DNA from: an uncultured Anaerolineae bacterium
GTDB lineage: Bacteria; Chloroflexota; Anaerolineae; Anaerolineales; Villigracilaceae
Direction of reading: 5' to 3'
DNA length: 64,000 nt
Assembly: GCA_903822545.1 (NCBI GenBank)
Contig: CAIJPN010000114.1
Location: 1-64,000, forward strand
Part shown: piece after piece, positions 28,067 through 37,491 of the stretch
Position numbering within the stretch: the first letter of the stretch is position 1
Layout: each line of letters opens with the position of its first letter
Notes under the pieces: model-generated
Databases searched by the model: none
Seen by the model: only the letters and a program-made list of their open reading frames with translations
What the model was told of the DNA's origin: nothing
Program-made: the position numbers and the translations under genes

Positions 28067-30073
28067 ATGATAAAAAAAACCTGGATGGTGCGTGTGTTCT
28101 CAGGGCTGCTGATGCTGGTTTTGGCTGTATCCCTGGCAGCCTGTGATGAAGATACCCCGGATGCTGAACAGCCTGCTGGCGATCAGCCTGCGTCCGAACA
28201 GTCTACAGGCGAAGAACCAACTGCTGGACAACCTGCGGCTGTGGATGCCAATCCTATCGTAGGAACGTGGAAAGATGCTGATGGCACTTACACTTACACC
28301 GAAGATGGCAGGATGCTGACCAATGACCAGGATGATGGCACAACCTACGTTTATGAAAACGAGACGCTCACAGAAACTTATTCTGATGGCAGCTCGCGCA
28401 CATACAAGCTGCAATTCGACAGCAGTGGGCTAACCTTGGTGGCAGATGATGATGGCAGCGTGTATGTGCTGGAACGGGTAGATGAATCTCCCGTTGTCAC
28501 CGAGCCACAGCCCCCCAGCGGGAGTGACAACCCACCCGCTGCTGGCAGCGTGGAACTGGGTTTCCAGCCCGCAGTGAACGGGTTCAGCTTTGAAAACTAT
28601 GGCGATGACCAGCAAGTAACCAACCTGACACCGGTGGAAATGCGGCGCATGTTTGGCGATAAGGTCTGCGCCAGCATCGAAAGAGATACTTGTATCCTGA
28701 TTCCACCGGCAGAACAATGGATGGAACAGAATAACGCTGGCATGAGCGGTGGTCATTGCGAAGGTTTTGCTGCGCTCAGTTTGTTGTTCTACTCAGGGAT
28801 AGTGGACCCGAACCAGTTTGGCGCACCCGTTGCCGCAGAACTGCAACTGGATGGGAATGAACCGCTTCAGCGCGAAATCGCTTATTGGTTTACCACCCAG
28901 GCTACTGAACCCGCACGGGCTTCCATTATCAAGGGTACCCCATCTGAAATTGTGACGGCTTTGCAAAACGCTTATGCTGCTGGGCGCAACAGCCCTGAAA
29001 CCTATGCCATCGGTATTTACAAAGCGGATGGCACTGGCGGACACGCAGTTACAGCCTATGGAGTTGAAGATCAGGGTGGCGGCGTTTTCTGGATCATGAT
29101 CTATGACAATAATTATCCCAATGAAGCCCGCCACATCATCGTAGATACCAACGCAGATACCTGGGAATACGAAGCGGCGATTAATCCCCAGGTTGAATCA
29201 GAGTTGTATCAGGGAGATGCGAACACCCAAACATTGGAAATCGTTCCAACCAGCGCGCGGCTGGGCGAGCAAATCTGCGATTTCTGTTCTGAAAGTGTCA
29301 GTGACAACGGTCATGGCCCGGTTTTGGCTGCGCCGGCCCCACGCTACAACGAAGTTTGGATGGAAGGGGATGCCGCTTTCCTGCTCACTGACAGCCGCAA
29401 CCGGAAATTGGGCTTTGATGGAACCACCTTTGTCAATCAAATCCCCGAAGCGCAGGTCACGCACCTGAAGGGCCCATCACTGGCTGACCAGGATGTTCCC
29501 CCGGTTTACAAACTACCCATAGGGCTGGGTTTTACCTTGTTGATTGACGGTGATACCATCAAAAACAAGGAAGAAAACTCTACCGATGCAGTTATGATCG
29601 GCCCAGGCTACTACATCGGTGTGGAAGGCATTTATATGGATCCGGGGCAAAAAGACACCCTGACCCTGACCGGGGATGGCAAATCTATCTCTTACAAGAC
29701 CGACTACAGCGAATCTCCCTTTATAATCATAGGAATTGAGCGCCCGACCGCTGATTTTGAGCTTGAACTTCAGGGGAAAGATATCCAACCTGGATCGGAA
29801 ACCATTGTGGAATTTGATGCCGAAAAAGGCGTCCTGGTTTTGCGCTCCACTGCGGATGAATATGGTGTGTTCTATCTTGCGATCACCCGCATTGACGATG
29901 AGGGCGAAGAAACCTTTGAAACCGGCGATGAAGGGATTGAGCTGCAGCCTGGCGATATTATCTATTTCAACGTTGGGAACTGGGATGGGCAGGGGAATAG
30001 CCTGGAAATCCAGTTTGATGATGGCGGCGATGGCACGATTGACGAAACCATCAATATGGCCGATGAGCAGTGA
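28067..30073 (+). CDS. Secreted lipoprotein containing a C39-like (papain-fold) cysteine peptidase domain
   Basis: Signal plus lipobox (LAAC); acidic low-complexity linker; GMSGGHCEGFAALSLLF...GGHAVTAYG...WIMIYDNNYP resembles Peptidase_C39_2 Cys/His motifs (same family as the N-terminus of the 973-aa hydrolase). RBS AAGGAG. Confidence 0.6.
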   Translation: MIKKTWMVRVFSGLLMLVLAVSLAACDEDTPDAEQPAGDQPASEQSTGEEPTAGQPAAVDANPIVGTWKDADGTYTYTEDGRMLTNDQDDGTTYVYENETLTETYSDGSSRTYKLQFDSSGLTLVADDDGSVYVLERVDESPVVTEPQPPSGSDNPPAAGSVELGFQPAVNGFSFENYGDDQQVTNLTPVEMRRMFGDKVCASIERDTCILIPPAEQWMEQNNAGMSGGHCEGFAALSLLFYSGIVDPNQFGAPVAAELQLDGNEPLQREIAYWFTTQATEPARASIIKGTPSEIVTALQNAYAAGRNSPETYAIGIYKADGTGGHAVTAYGVEDQGGGVFWIMIYDNNYPNEARHIIVDTNADTWEYEAAINPQVESELYQGDANTQTLEIVPTSARLGEQICDFCSESVSDNGHGPVLAAPAPRYNEVWMEGDAAFLLTDSRNRKLGFDGTTFVNQIPEAQVTHLKGPSLADQDVPPVYKLPIGLGFTLLIDGDTIKNKEENSTDAVMIGPGYYIGVEGIYMDPGQKDTLTLTGDGKSISYKTDYSESPFIIIGIERPTADFELELQGKDIQPGSETIVEFDAEKGVLVLRSTADEYGVFYLAITRIDDEGEETFETGDEGIELQPGDIIYFNVGNWDGQGNSLEIQFDDGGDGTIDETINMADEQ

Positions 30074-30137
30074 ATTAAATTGGGCAAAATGATTGACTTG
30101 ATGTTGTAAAAAGTAACCCTGGTTACTTTTGTTTGCC

Positions 30138-30174
30138 AAAGCCGCCCGGAGCTGATTTCCGGGCGGCTTTTTGT
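30138..30174. terminator. Convergent terminators, two adjacent hairpins (30109-30133 and 30138-30174)
   Basis: AAAAGTAACC-ctg-GGTTACTTTT and AAAGCCGCCCGG-agctgattt-CCGGGCGGCTTT-TTGTT, between the lipoprotein gene (+) and the PfkB kinase gene (-). Confidence 0.6.
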
Positions 30175-30221
30175 TCAGACAGGGTGAAAACTATTGTTTT
30201 CTTGTCTATTATTGGCGTTGG

Positions 30222-31121
30222 TTACAGATAGGCTTGTAGTTCTTGCAATGTGGGCGCGGCAGATGCGCCGCCACGTTTTGTTACGGATAATCCACCGCAG
30301 ATGTTGCCGTAGCGCAGGCAAGTTTCCATCGATTCGCCACGCAAGGCTGCGGCCAGGAATCCGGAGTTGAATGAATCGCCAGCGCCGGTGGTGTCGATGG
30401 CGGTGACATTCAGCGCGGGAGATTGCCAGGTTTGGCTGCCTGCCCGGGCAAATGCGCCCGCAGCGCCAGCCTTGATGATCACTACCGGGCAGTATTCGGC
30501 CAGTTTGGCGGCAGCCTGCTGCGGGTCGGTGAACCCGGTCAGTTGGGCGGCTTCGCTCTGATTGGGTGCGAAAATGTCAATCGCGCCGAGCAGTTCTTTT
30601 AATCCCGCCTCTTCGAGCGTGGTGGTGATGTATTGGCAATCAACGTAGACACGCGCGCCGTTTTGGTGGGCTGTGTTTACTAATTCCCGGCTGGCAGGTG
30701 TTCCGTCAAAGGGCAGGTTGTAGACCCATTTGGGGCGTTGGGTTATGATCAGGGCACGGTAATCTTGCTCCGGGTGGGGATCCATGTAGCTGATGAAGCC
30801 CCGGTCATAGGAAAATGAAAAGGCGATGCTGATGCTGCGGAGTGGCGCCTCCAGGTGAGTGAACAGGCTGGTGTTGAGGCCTTCGCGCTGCGCTTCTTCG
30901 AGCAGGAAGCGGCTGAACAGGTCGTTGCCAAGGCGCGCGGCCCAGCGCACATCTACACCGAGGCGTTTGAGCGCTACTGCCAGGATGTATGCGCCGCCGG
31001 GGGCGATTTCCATGCTTTCGCCAAAGATGTCGGCACCCAGGCGTGGGGTTTCGCTCAGGCCGGTGATAATGACATCACAAAAGTAGTCGCCAAAAAGGAG
31101 GATATCTGGGGTTGAGGACAT
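30222..31121 (-). CDS. PfkB-family carbohydrate/ribokinase-like kinase
   Basis: 299 aa; C-terminal GAGDSF...G signature (DTTGAGDSFNSGFLAA) typical of the ribokinase/PfkB family. Confidence 0.8.
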   Translation of the reverse strand: MSSTPDILLFGDYFCDVIITGLSETPRLGADIFGESMEIAPGGAYILAVALKRLGVDVRWAARLGNDLFSRFLLEEAQREGLNTSLFTHLEAPLRSISIAFSFSYDRGFISYMDPHPEQDYRALIITQRPKWVYNLPFDGTPASRELVNTAHQNGARVYVDCQYITTTLEEAGLKELLGAIDIFAPNQSEAAQLTGFTDPQQAAAKLAEYCPVVIIKAGAAGAFARAGSQTWQSPALNVTAIDTTGAGDSFNSGFLAAALRGESMETCLRYGNICGGLSVTKRGGASAAPTLQELQAYL

Positions 31122-31127
31122 GGGGTT

Positions 31128-33197
31128 TTAGGGTTTGAGTGCGTTTTTGATCTCATCCATCAGTTTTTGGCCCTGGAAGCCTTGTTTTTTGAGTACGGAT
31201 GAGACGGTTTCTTTGAGCCGATCCAGTTCTGTGGCGGTCAGGTCTTTGGCGCTGATTACGATGATAGGCAGGTAACGGGTCTGGGGGTCGGCGCGCAGGG
31301 TTTCGATGACGCCAAAGCCATCGAGACGCGGCATCATGATGTCGAGCAGGATGACATCGGGGCGGGATGCGGCGACTGCTTCCAGCCCGGCAATGCCATC
31401 GAAGGCTGAATCAAGCTGGTATTCGGTTTCGGGCAGGAACTGGCGCAGCATGTCGGCGACATTTGGATCATCATCGATTACCAGTACGTGTTTTAGGCTG
31501 TTGGGTTCGCCACCTGTGAAGCGTTGGAGGGCATCTCGAACCGCTAGCGGGTTGAGCGGTTTGAGCAGGTAAGCGGATGCGCCCAGGCGAAAGCCAAGAG
31601 CTTTTTTATCCACGATGGTGAGCAGGATGACAGGGATGCTGGCGGTGGCCGGGTTTTCTTTCAGGTCGTTGAGGGTTTGCCAGCCATCTCCGCCGGGCAT
31701 GACGACATCCAATAGGATGGCGTGGGGCTGTTGTTCGACAGCCATGCGCAGGCCGTCTTGCGCGCTGCGTGTGCCGGTGATGGTGTATTCTTGTTGGGCG
31801 AGATTTTCTTGGAGCAGGTAGACGGCATCGGGATCGTCATCGATGACCAGCAGGCGCTTTTTGGTGGGGTCGGGGCGAGAGCTGGCAGTGGCGCCTGGGG
31901 TGGAAGCAGTTTCTCGGGTGAGTGGTTCTTCCAGAGTGGGGATGGCTTTGTTCTGGTAGTAGATCGGGATGAGGAGTGTGAAGGTTGAGCCCTGGCCGGG
32001 TTGGCTTTCAACGCTTATGTCGCCGCCGAGCAGGCGCGCCAGGTTGCGGCTGATGGCAAGCCCCAGCCCGGTGCCGCCATATTGGCGCGTTGTGCTGGCA
32101 TCGGCTTGTTGGAATTCTGTGAAGATGCGCGACTGGGCTTCTGCACTGATGCCGATGCCGGTGTCGCTGACAGTGATAAGCAGGTTTTCGCCATCCTGCC
32201 GGGCGGCAAGGGTGATCTGGCCGCTGTGTGTAAATTTGGCGGCGTTGCTGAGCAAGTTGAGGAGGATCTGGCGGATTTTGTCCTGGTCTGAGTAGATGTG
32301 GGTCAGGGTTTCGTCCACGTGTTTTGTGAGGGTCACCTCGGGTTTGAGCATGGGGTGGATGGTGTTGGCGCACAGGTCGATGAGGGCGATGAGTCGGAAT
32401 TTGGCGGGCAAGACATCCATACGGCCTGCCTCAATCTTGGAGATGTCAAGTACGGTGTTGATGAGATTAAGCAGGTGTTCGGCGCTGTTGAGAACTTTAT
32501 CGAGGTTTTCGAGCTGTTTGTCGGGCAGCAACCCCTCGGCTTTACGCCGGACAATGCGGGTGAATCCAATGATGGCGTTGAGCGGGGTACGCAGCTCGTG
32601 GCTCATGTTGGCCAGGAAGGTGCTTTTGGCACGATTGGCAGATTCGGCGGCATCGCGGGCCTGGCGCAGTTCTTCTTCCAGGCGTTTGCGCTCGGTGATG
32701 TTGCGCATGATGACAATAATCTGCGTTACCTGGCTGTCTTTGCCCTTTATGAAGGCCGCGCTGGCTTCCACGAATAAGAGCCGGCCATCTTTAGTGTAAC
32801 GTTGGGTTTCAACATCCAACACCTGGCCATCTTTGAAACCGCGCAAGGTGTAGTCGCGTAGTTCAGATTGCCTGTCGGCTGGCACAAATTCCAGGTTGTC
32901 GGTCAGCATTTCTGGGAGCTGCCAGCCAAAAGTCTGGATAAAAGCGCGGTTGATGAATAATGCCACCCCCTGGGGGTCGTACACGACGATCGGTTCTGGA
33001 GAAAGATCGAGCAGCAGGCGGTGATGTTCTTCACTGGCATGGAGGCTTTCGTTGACAGCCTCCAGCTTTTGCAGCACCTGGTAGGTTTCTTCGAACTGTT
33101 TGATCACAAGCTGGGCGGTGATGTCTGCCGCTTTATGAGCAACCCGTATTTCAGAGCGCAATAATTCATTTTCATTTTGGTTGGTTGCTTGTGTCAT
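31128..33197 (-). CDS. Hybrid sensor histidine kinase: PAS, HisKA, HATPase_c, then two receiver domains
   Basis: H-box (ANMSHELRTPLNAIIGF), N/G boxes (LLSNAAKFT, DTGIGI, GGTGLGLAI), two REC domains (LLVIDDDPD...LLDVVMPGGDG; VLVIDDDPN...ILLDIMMPRLDG). Confidence 0.9.
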   Translation of the reverse strand: MTQATNQNENELLRSEIRVAHKAADITAQLVIKQFEETYQVLQKLEAVNESLHASEEHHRLLLDLSPEPIVVYDPQGVALFINRAFIQTFGWQLPEMLTDNLEFVPADRQSELRDYTLRGFKDGQVLDVETQRYTKDGRLLFVEASAAFIKGKDSQVTQIIVIMRNITERKRLEEELRQARDAAESANRAKSTFLANMSHELRTPLNAIIGFTRIVRRKAEGLLPDKQLENLDKVLNSAEHLLNLINTVLDISKIEAGRMDVLPAKFRLIALIDLCANTIHPMLKPEVTLTKHVDETLTHIYSDQDKIRQILLNLLSNAAKFTHSGQITLAARQDGENLLITVSDTGIGISAEAQSRIFTEFQQADASTTRQYGGTGLGLAISRNLARLLGGDISVESQPGQGSTFTLLIPIYYQNKAIPTLEEPLTRETASTPGATASSRPDPTKKRLLVIDDDPDAVYLLQENLAQQEYTITGTRSAQDGLRMAVEQQPHAILLDVVMPGGDGWQTLNDLKENPATASIPVILLTIVDKKALGFRLGASAYLLKPLNPLAVRDALQRFTGGEPNSLKHVLVIDDDPNVADMLRQFLPETEYQLDSAFDGIAGLEAVAASRPDVILLDIMMPRLDGFGVIETLRADPQTRYLPIIVISAKDLTATELDRLKETVSSVLKKQGFQGQKLMDEIKNALKP

Positions 33198-33500
33198 GTG
33201 GTTAGATTATCCAGTTGCAGGTTTTTACCGCTGTTTCTCCATATGCGTTTACGCGGTATAAACAGTTCGATTATTGCACAGATTATATGGCAAGGCAATG
33301 CCCATCCCTTCAGGCCACAGGGCTTTGAGGCAATCTACAACATCGAAACCGCCAAGAAGCCACGGGGCCAAATTCTTTGTTTGGGCATCGTATGATATCC
33401 TGGCAAACCTGGCGGTAAAAAGCTGATTTTAAGAAAGCCCCGATCGAGATTGATGCATTTGCAGGATGAAGATGGTTACGGCCATTCGTGCTCCAGGAAA

Positions 33501-33536
33501 TCAAAAACGCCCGGCTTTTTGATGGCGCGGGCGTTT
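33501..33536 (-). terminator. dnaN terminator
   Basis: AAACGCCCG-gctttttgatggcg-CGGGCGTTT; on the minus strand it is followed by a U-tract (complement of CAAAAA). Confidence 0.55.
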
Positions 33537-33554
33537 GGTATTCTATCAGCCAGG

Positions 33555-34685
33555 TTAGCCGAGATGCATCGGCATAATGACGTGCAGGAAGTGTTCGTCA
33601 CCAACCGGTTTGATCACGCCAGGAGCATTGGGCGCGCTGGTTTCGATGGCGACATTGGGGGTTTTGATGACTTCCAGCACCTCGCGCAGGAATTTGACAT
33701 TGAACGCAATTAATAGCGGGATGCCATCCACTGTCGCTTCCACCAAAGTCTCATTTTTGCCGGTTTCTTCAGAGTGTGCCGAAATTTCCACTTCGCCGGG
33801 CTGGAGTTCCCCGCTGTTTTTGATGTTCAGGCGCACAATATTCGAGCCTTCGCGCGCAAAAATCTCAGCCTGTTTGCAAGCCTTGAGTAGTGATGCGGTT
33901 GAAACCAGCGTGCGCGACTTGTGTGAACGCGGGATAATCTGCTGGTAATCGGGGAAAGTCCCATCAATGAGTTGTGAAACCAGTTCAGCATCTTTTACGC
34001 GGAAAACCACCTGCCCACGCCCTTTGGGCATCACCATCTGCACCTGCTGTTCGCCATCTGAAGCAATACGCGCCAATTCAGAGAGCGCCCGAGCCGGGAT
34101 GATGGCCGTCACCGGGCTGGGAGCCACCGCTGAAAGCGTCGATTTTCGCACCGATAGCCGGTATCCATCTGCGGCGGCCATCGTTACCGTATCTTTATCC
34201 ACGCTGACCAGCACACCCATCAAAACCGGGCGCGCCTCATCGGTGGATGCCGCAAAAGCCACTTGCTGGATCATTTCTTTGAAATCGGCCACACTGATAT
34301 TGATGGCGTTATCGAAATCAGGCACAGGCATGGGCGGGAATTCCTGGGCGTCGATGCCTTTGACATCGTTTTTCGATGCGCCAGACTGGATATGCAGCGT
34401 CTGTGTGCGAGTATCCAGGTTCAGGTGCACCTGGTTATCGGGCATGGTGTTCACCAGGTCGGCAAACATGCGCGCAGGTACGGTGGTGGAGCCTTCTTCT
34501 TCGATTTTCGCGCCAATCCAACAGGTGATACCCATCTCGAGATTGGTGGCCGAAAGGCGCAGACGGCCTTCATCGGTGGCAATCAGCACATTGGCAAGCA
34601 CCGGCAGTGTGGAGCGGGGCGAAACAGCGCGTGAAACGGCGCTCAAACCACGGGTCAGGTTTTCTTGTAGGACGGTAACTTTCAT
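33555..34685 (-). CDS. dnaN: DNA polymerase III beta subunit (sliding clamp)
   Basis: 376 aa; MKVTVLQENLTRGLSAVSRAVSPRSTLPVLANVLI... clamp N-terminus and three-domain length; RBS AGGAGA. Not adjacent to dnaA in this window. Confidence 0.9.
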   Translation of the reverse strand: MKVTVLQENLTRGLSAVSRAVSPRSTLPVLANVLIATDEGRLRLSATNLEMGITCWIGAKIEEEGSTTVPARMFADLVNTMPDNQVHLNLDTRTQTLHIQSGASKNDVKGIDAQEFPPMPVPDFDNAINISVADFKEMIQQVAFAASTDEARPVLMGVLVSVDKDTVTMAAADGYRLSVRKSTLSAVAPSPVTAIIPARALSELARIASDGEQQVQMVMPKGRGQVVFRVKDAELVSQLIDGTFPDYQQIIPRSHKSRTLVSTASLLKACKQAEIFAREGSNIVRLNIKNSGELQPGEVEISAHSEETGKNETLVEATVDGIPLLIAFNVKFLREVLEVIKTPNVAIETSAPNAPGVIKPVGDEHFLHVIMPMHLG

Positions 34686-34763
34686 CGGCGGTTATCTCCT
34701 GCTGGGAATCGGTAAAAAAAGTATATCATGAAAACAAAAAGCGGCAAAAACAGTTCACGAGGG

Positions 34764-36698
34764 CTATAGACCGCCCACCAGCGCGCTAATCACAATCATC
34801 AGCACGACAAAGGCTGTTTGCAGGCCAAATAATGCCGCCATCACATACACCACAATCATCCAACCGGGGGCAGATGAACTGGATTGCACCTCCCGGCCTT
34901 CTGCCAGGGTGCGAATCATTTGCGCTGCCCGGGCAAAATCTGCCCTGGATATGCCACCCGGCCATAACCAGCCTTCTACCGGCTGGGGCACGACCACTTT
35001 CTTTCCCTGGAATTCTTTCAGCCACAAACGCAGCGCCTCGGGCGGGTCAAAAGCCAGGCTGGAGGGCAATACCACTGCCTGGGCTGATGCTGGCGCTTCG
35101 GGCAGGCCCTGTTCCACTGGCTGGGCTGCCACAGGGACATCTGGCGCGGCCTTTTTCATTGCTTCGATAAACAGCGCCGAAAAACCGCTATTTTCGCGTT
35201 CAAACACCAGCACAGCATAGCCAGCTTGCAACCCTGAGAGTGCGCTGGCAGCCTGCAAGCCATCGCGCCGCAAGGATGCCAGGTGATAAGCCAGGAAGAT
35301 GGCAAAGAGTACCAGCACTTGCAGTGCGTTCAGCGTGGTGGTAAGAAAATCGTTTGCGCGATAACCACCCAGCAGAGCGTTAAACAACTGGTAGGCTAGC
35401 ACCACTGCCGAGATCATCCCGCCGATCACGCAGGCAAAGATGACCAGGTACAGGTAGAACTTGCGCACCAGCGAGCGCCGGGCGTGATCGCCGCTATCAC
35501 CCGGGTTGAGCGATTCAGCTTGCATCGGTCTCCAGGTCAGCAGCCAGAGTGGCAGCCCGGCAAATAGCGCGGCAATAGCCCCGGCCAGGCGTGGGCGCAG
35601 CGTATCTCCCCACAGGATGTTGAAGGAGCCAGCGATAATATTTACGAGGAAAGAGAGTATCAGTGAGAGCCCCACAAAGGTGGCGATCAGCCCGATGAAG
35701 GAGAGAATATAAAAATATAAACGCTGCATTCCGGCGCGGCGCGGCAAGTCAGTTTCAGCGCGGATGTCTATTGCCAGCCAGTGCCCATAATAGGCCCAAA
35801 CCGCTGCCAGCGGCACACCAATGGCGATGGAAAGGCTGGCCTGTCGCAGCATTTCTTCCCAACCCATTGCTTCACCTAGCAGGCGGCGCAGCAACACATC
35901 CAGCACGATGCCTGCGGAAGTCAGGACAACCACTACCCCGGCCAGCGAGAGGATGTATAGCACACCCATTCGCAGCATTGCCCCGCGCTCCCTGGCTTCG
36001 GCCTGGTAAGCGGCCTGGCAGACCTGCCACATATACGCCCAGATCGGCGCGCCGATTAGAACCATGGCTGTGCCGTTGACAAATAGTTCCAGCCCGGCCT
36101 CGCCCAGTACGCCGGTGGGAATGTAAAACAAGAATCGCAGTGTTTGCTGGACACCAAAAATGGATAGGATCAAACCGTAAAACACCCAAATGTAGCGGTA
36201 AATCCGGCGGATGGCTGCGAAATCATCACTACTGGCGATATTTTTCCAATTGTTGCGCAGCACCGTAAAAAAGTAGGCTGCCGCAATTCCATTCATAATG
36301 ATCGCAATAATGTTATCGAGCAAGGTTTGCTGCCCGCCCAAGATGGCGCGCGCGCTGCTGATTCCCGCAGTTTGGATGAAGGTGCGGTTGAAGAGCGCCA
36401 ACACATTTTGTGTGCCGGGAACAAATGTGGCGAGCAAGATCCCGTACAGGAAAATCGCCCGCAAGGTGGAGGCTCGTTCTTCTTCATCATGTGATGCAGC
36501 GCGCTGGGCCCAAACCCAGTGCAACAGGAAAATGGGTAAACCAACCAGGATGAGCGCCAGGGCCTGGGCCAGTGTATCGGGGCCAGGGGTGAGTGCGCTG
36601 GAAAGCATGGTGCGCATCAGGCCAATCAGCCCCCATAAAATTACCTCGATGCTGATAAAAGCTACAGCGTAAAAATACAATCTGCGGATGGTACGCAT
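34764..36698 (-). CDS. Hypothetical 644-aa membrane protein built from six tandem ~80-aa two-helix repeats, with a C-terminal soluble region and a final TM
   Basis: Repeat starts RRLYFYAVAFISIEVILWGL / LRAIFLYGILLATFV / RRIYRYIWVFYGLILSIFGV / LRMGVLYILSLAGVVVVL / QRLYFYILSFIGLIATFVGL / VRKFYLYLVIFACVIGGMIS, each followed by a second helix; RBS GAGGAA. Confidence 0.6.
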   Translation of the reverse strand: MRTIRRLYFYAVAFISIEVILWGLIGLMRTMLSSALTPGPDTLAQALALILVGLPIFLLHWVWAQRAASHDEEERASTLRAIFLYGILLATFVPGTQNVLALFNRTFIQTAGISSARAILGGQQTLLDNIIAIIMNGIAAAYFFTVLRNNWKNIASSDDFAAIRRIYRYIWVFYGLILSIFGVQQTLRFLFYIPTGVLGEAGLELFVNGTAMVLIGAPIWAYMWQVCQAAYQAEARERGAMLRMGVLYILSLAGVVVVLTSAGIVLDVLLRRLLGEAMGWEEMLRQASLSIAIGVPLAAVWAYYGHWLAIDIRAETDLPRRAGMQRLYFYILSFIGLIATFVGLSLILSFLVNIIAGSFNILWGDTLRPRLAGAIAALFAGLPLWLLTWRPMQAESLNPGDSGDHARRSLVRKFYLYLVIFACVIGGMISAVVLAYQLFNALLGGYRANDFLTTTLNALQVLVLFAIFLAYHLASLRRDGLQAASALSGLQAGYAVLVFERENSGFSALFIEAMKKAAPDVPVAAQPVEQGLPEAPASAQAVVLPSSLAFDPPEALRLWLKEFQGKKVVVPQPVEGWLWPGGISRADFARAAQMIRTLAEGREVQSSSSAPGWMIVVYVMAALFGLQTAFVVLMIVISALVGGL

Positions 36699-36725
36699 AA
36701 GTTCCTCGCTTTATCTGTCAACGCG

Positions 36726-37214
36726 TCAGGGTTTGGCGGGCATGGCTGTAACCTGGTACCACTCCCAGTTCCAAAAATTGCCCGAGGGCATCTGCTTGAG
36801 CTTCCATCCACCACCTTGGTTGATTAGCACAGCCCGGTCGGTGTTGCGATATCCACTGGAGAAGGGATCACCAGAGCGGTAAACCACGCTGACACTGACA
36901 ACAGCTTCCCCTTCGGCAGTTTTCTCCACCGAGCCAATTTCGATGCCTGCACCTTCGGGGTAAACCATGCCATTGATGAAGCTCTCGCGGAAAGAGTCAT
37001 AGTTGGGCTTATCCTTATCTTCAGCCAGGTAACCATAGGCTTTCTGGTAATCGCGCTTGTATATCGCAATGACATAATTGCGCACTACACCCTCCGGGGT
37101 ATCATCTGCCACATAGGTGAGTGGATCCTGGCGGATGAAAAAGACGGCGAGTGAAATAATAATAAGAAGGGCTATCCCAACCAGGATGCCCAAGAGAAAG
37201 CGATCTTGTTTCAT
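36726..37214 (-). CDS. Hypothetical membrane-anchored protein (162 aa; N-terminal TM plus an extracytoplasmic domain)
   Basis: Start at ATG with RBS AGGAAAAAAC (the track ORF extends upstream to 37343 without support). 27-nt gap to the downstream repeat-membrane gene. Confidence 0.55.
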   Translation of the reverse strand: MKQDRFLLGILVGIALLIIISLAVFFIRQDPLTYVADDTPEGVVRNYVIAIYKRDYQKAYGYLAEDKDKPNYDSFRESFINGMVYPEGAGIEIGSVEKTAEGEAVVSVSVVYRSGDPFSSGYRNTDRAVLINQGGGWKLKQMPSGNFWNWEWYQVTAMPAKP

Positions 37215-37225
37215 GTTTTTTCCTT

Positions 37226-37453
37226 TCAGGGATTGCGCCGCACAGGTTTGCGGCGGGAAGAGCGACGAGGTCCATGACCAGGACGCGCGGCGATGACCGC
37301 AAAAGGGCCCAAAACAGGCACAAAAATGGCTATGGCACCCCACAAAGCCAGTTCAGCAACCGTTAACCTTCGGTGGCGCAGATACAACAAAGAAATGAAC
37401 AGCCCGACCATCATGTAAGTAAACAACATGCTGCGCAAAAGGTCAGGGATCAT
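37226..37453 (-). CDS. PLDc_N (phospholipase-D-like N-terminal) small membrane protein
   Basis: 75 aa, two TM helices with the LYL...W...P..G.Y pattern (LLYLRHRRLTVAELALWGAIAIFVPVLGPFAVIAARPG) characteristic of PLDc_N-family micro-proteins; first gene of a three-gene operon. Confidence 0.55.
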   Translation of the reverse strand: MIPDLLRSMLFTYMMVGLFISLLYLRHRRLTVAELALWGAIAIFVPVLGPFAVIAARPGHGPRRSSRRKPVRRNP

Positions 37454-37491
37454 ACGTTAATTGTATAGAGTCTCAACCCAAATGGCAAGCG

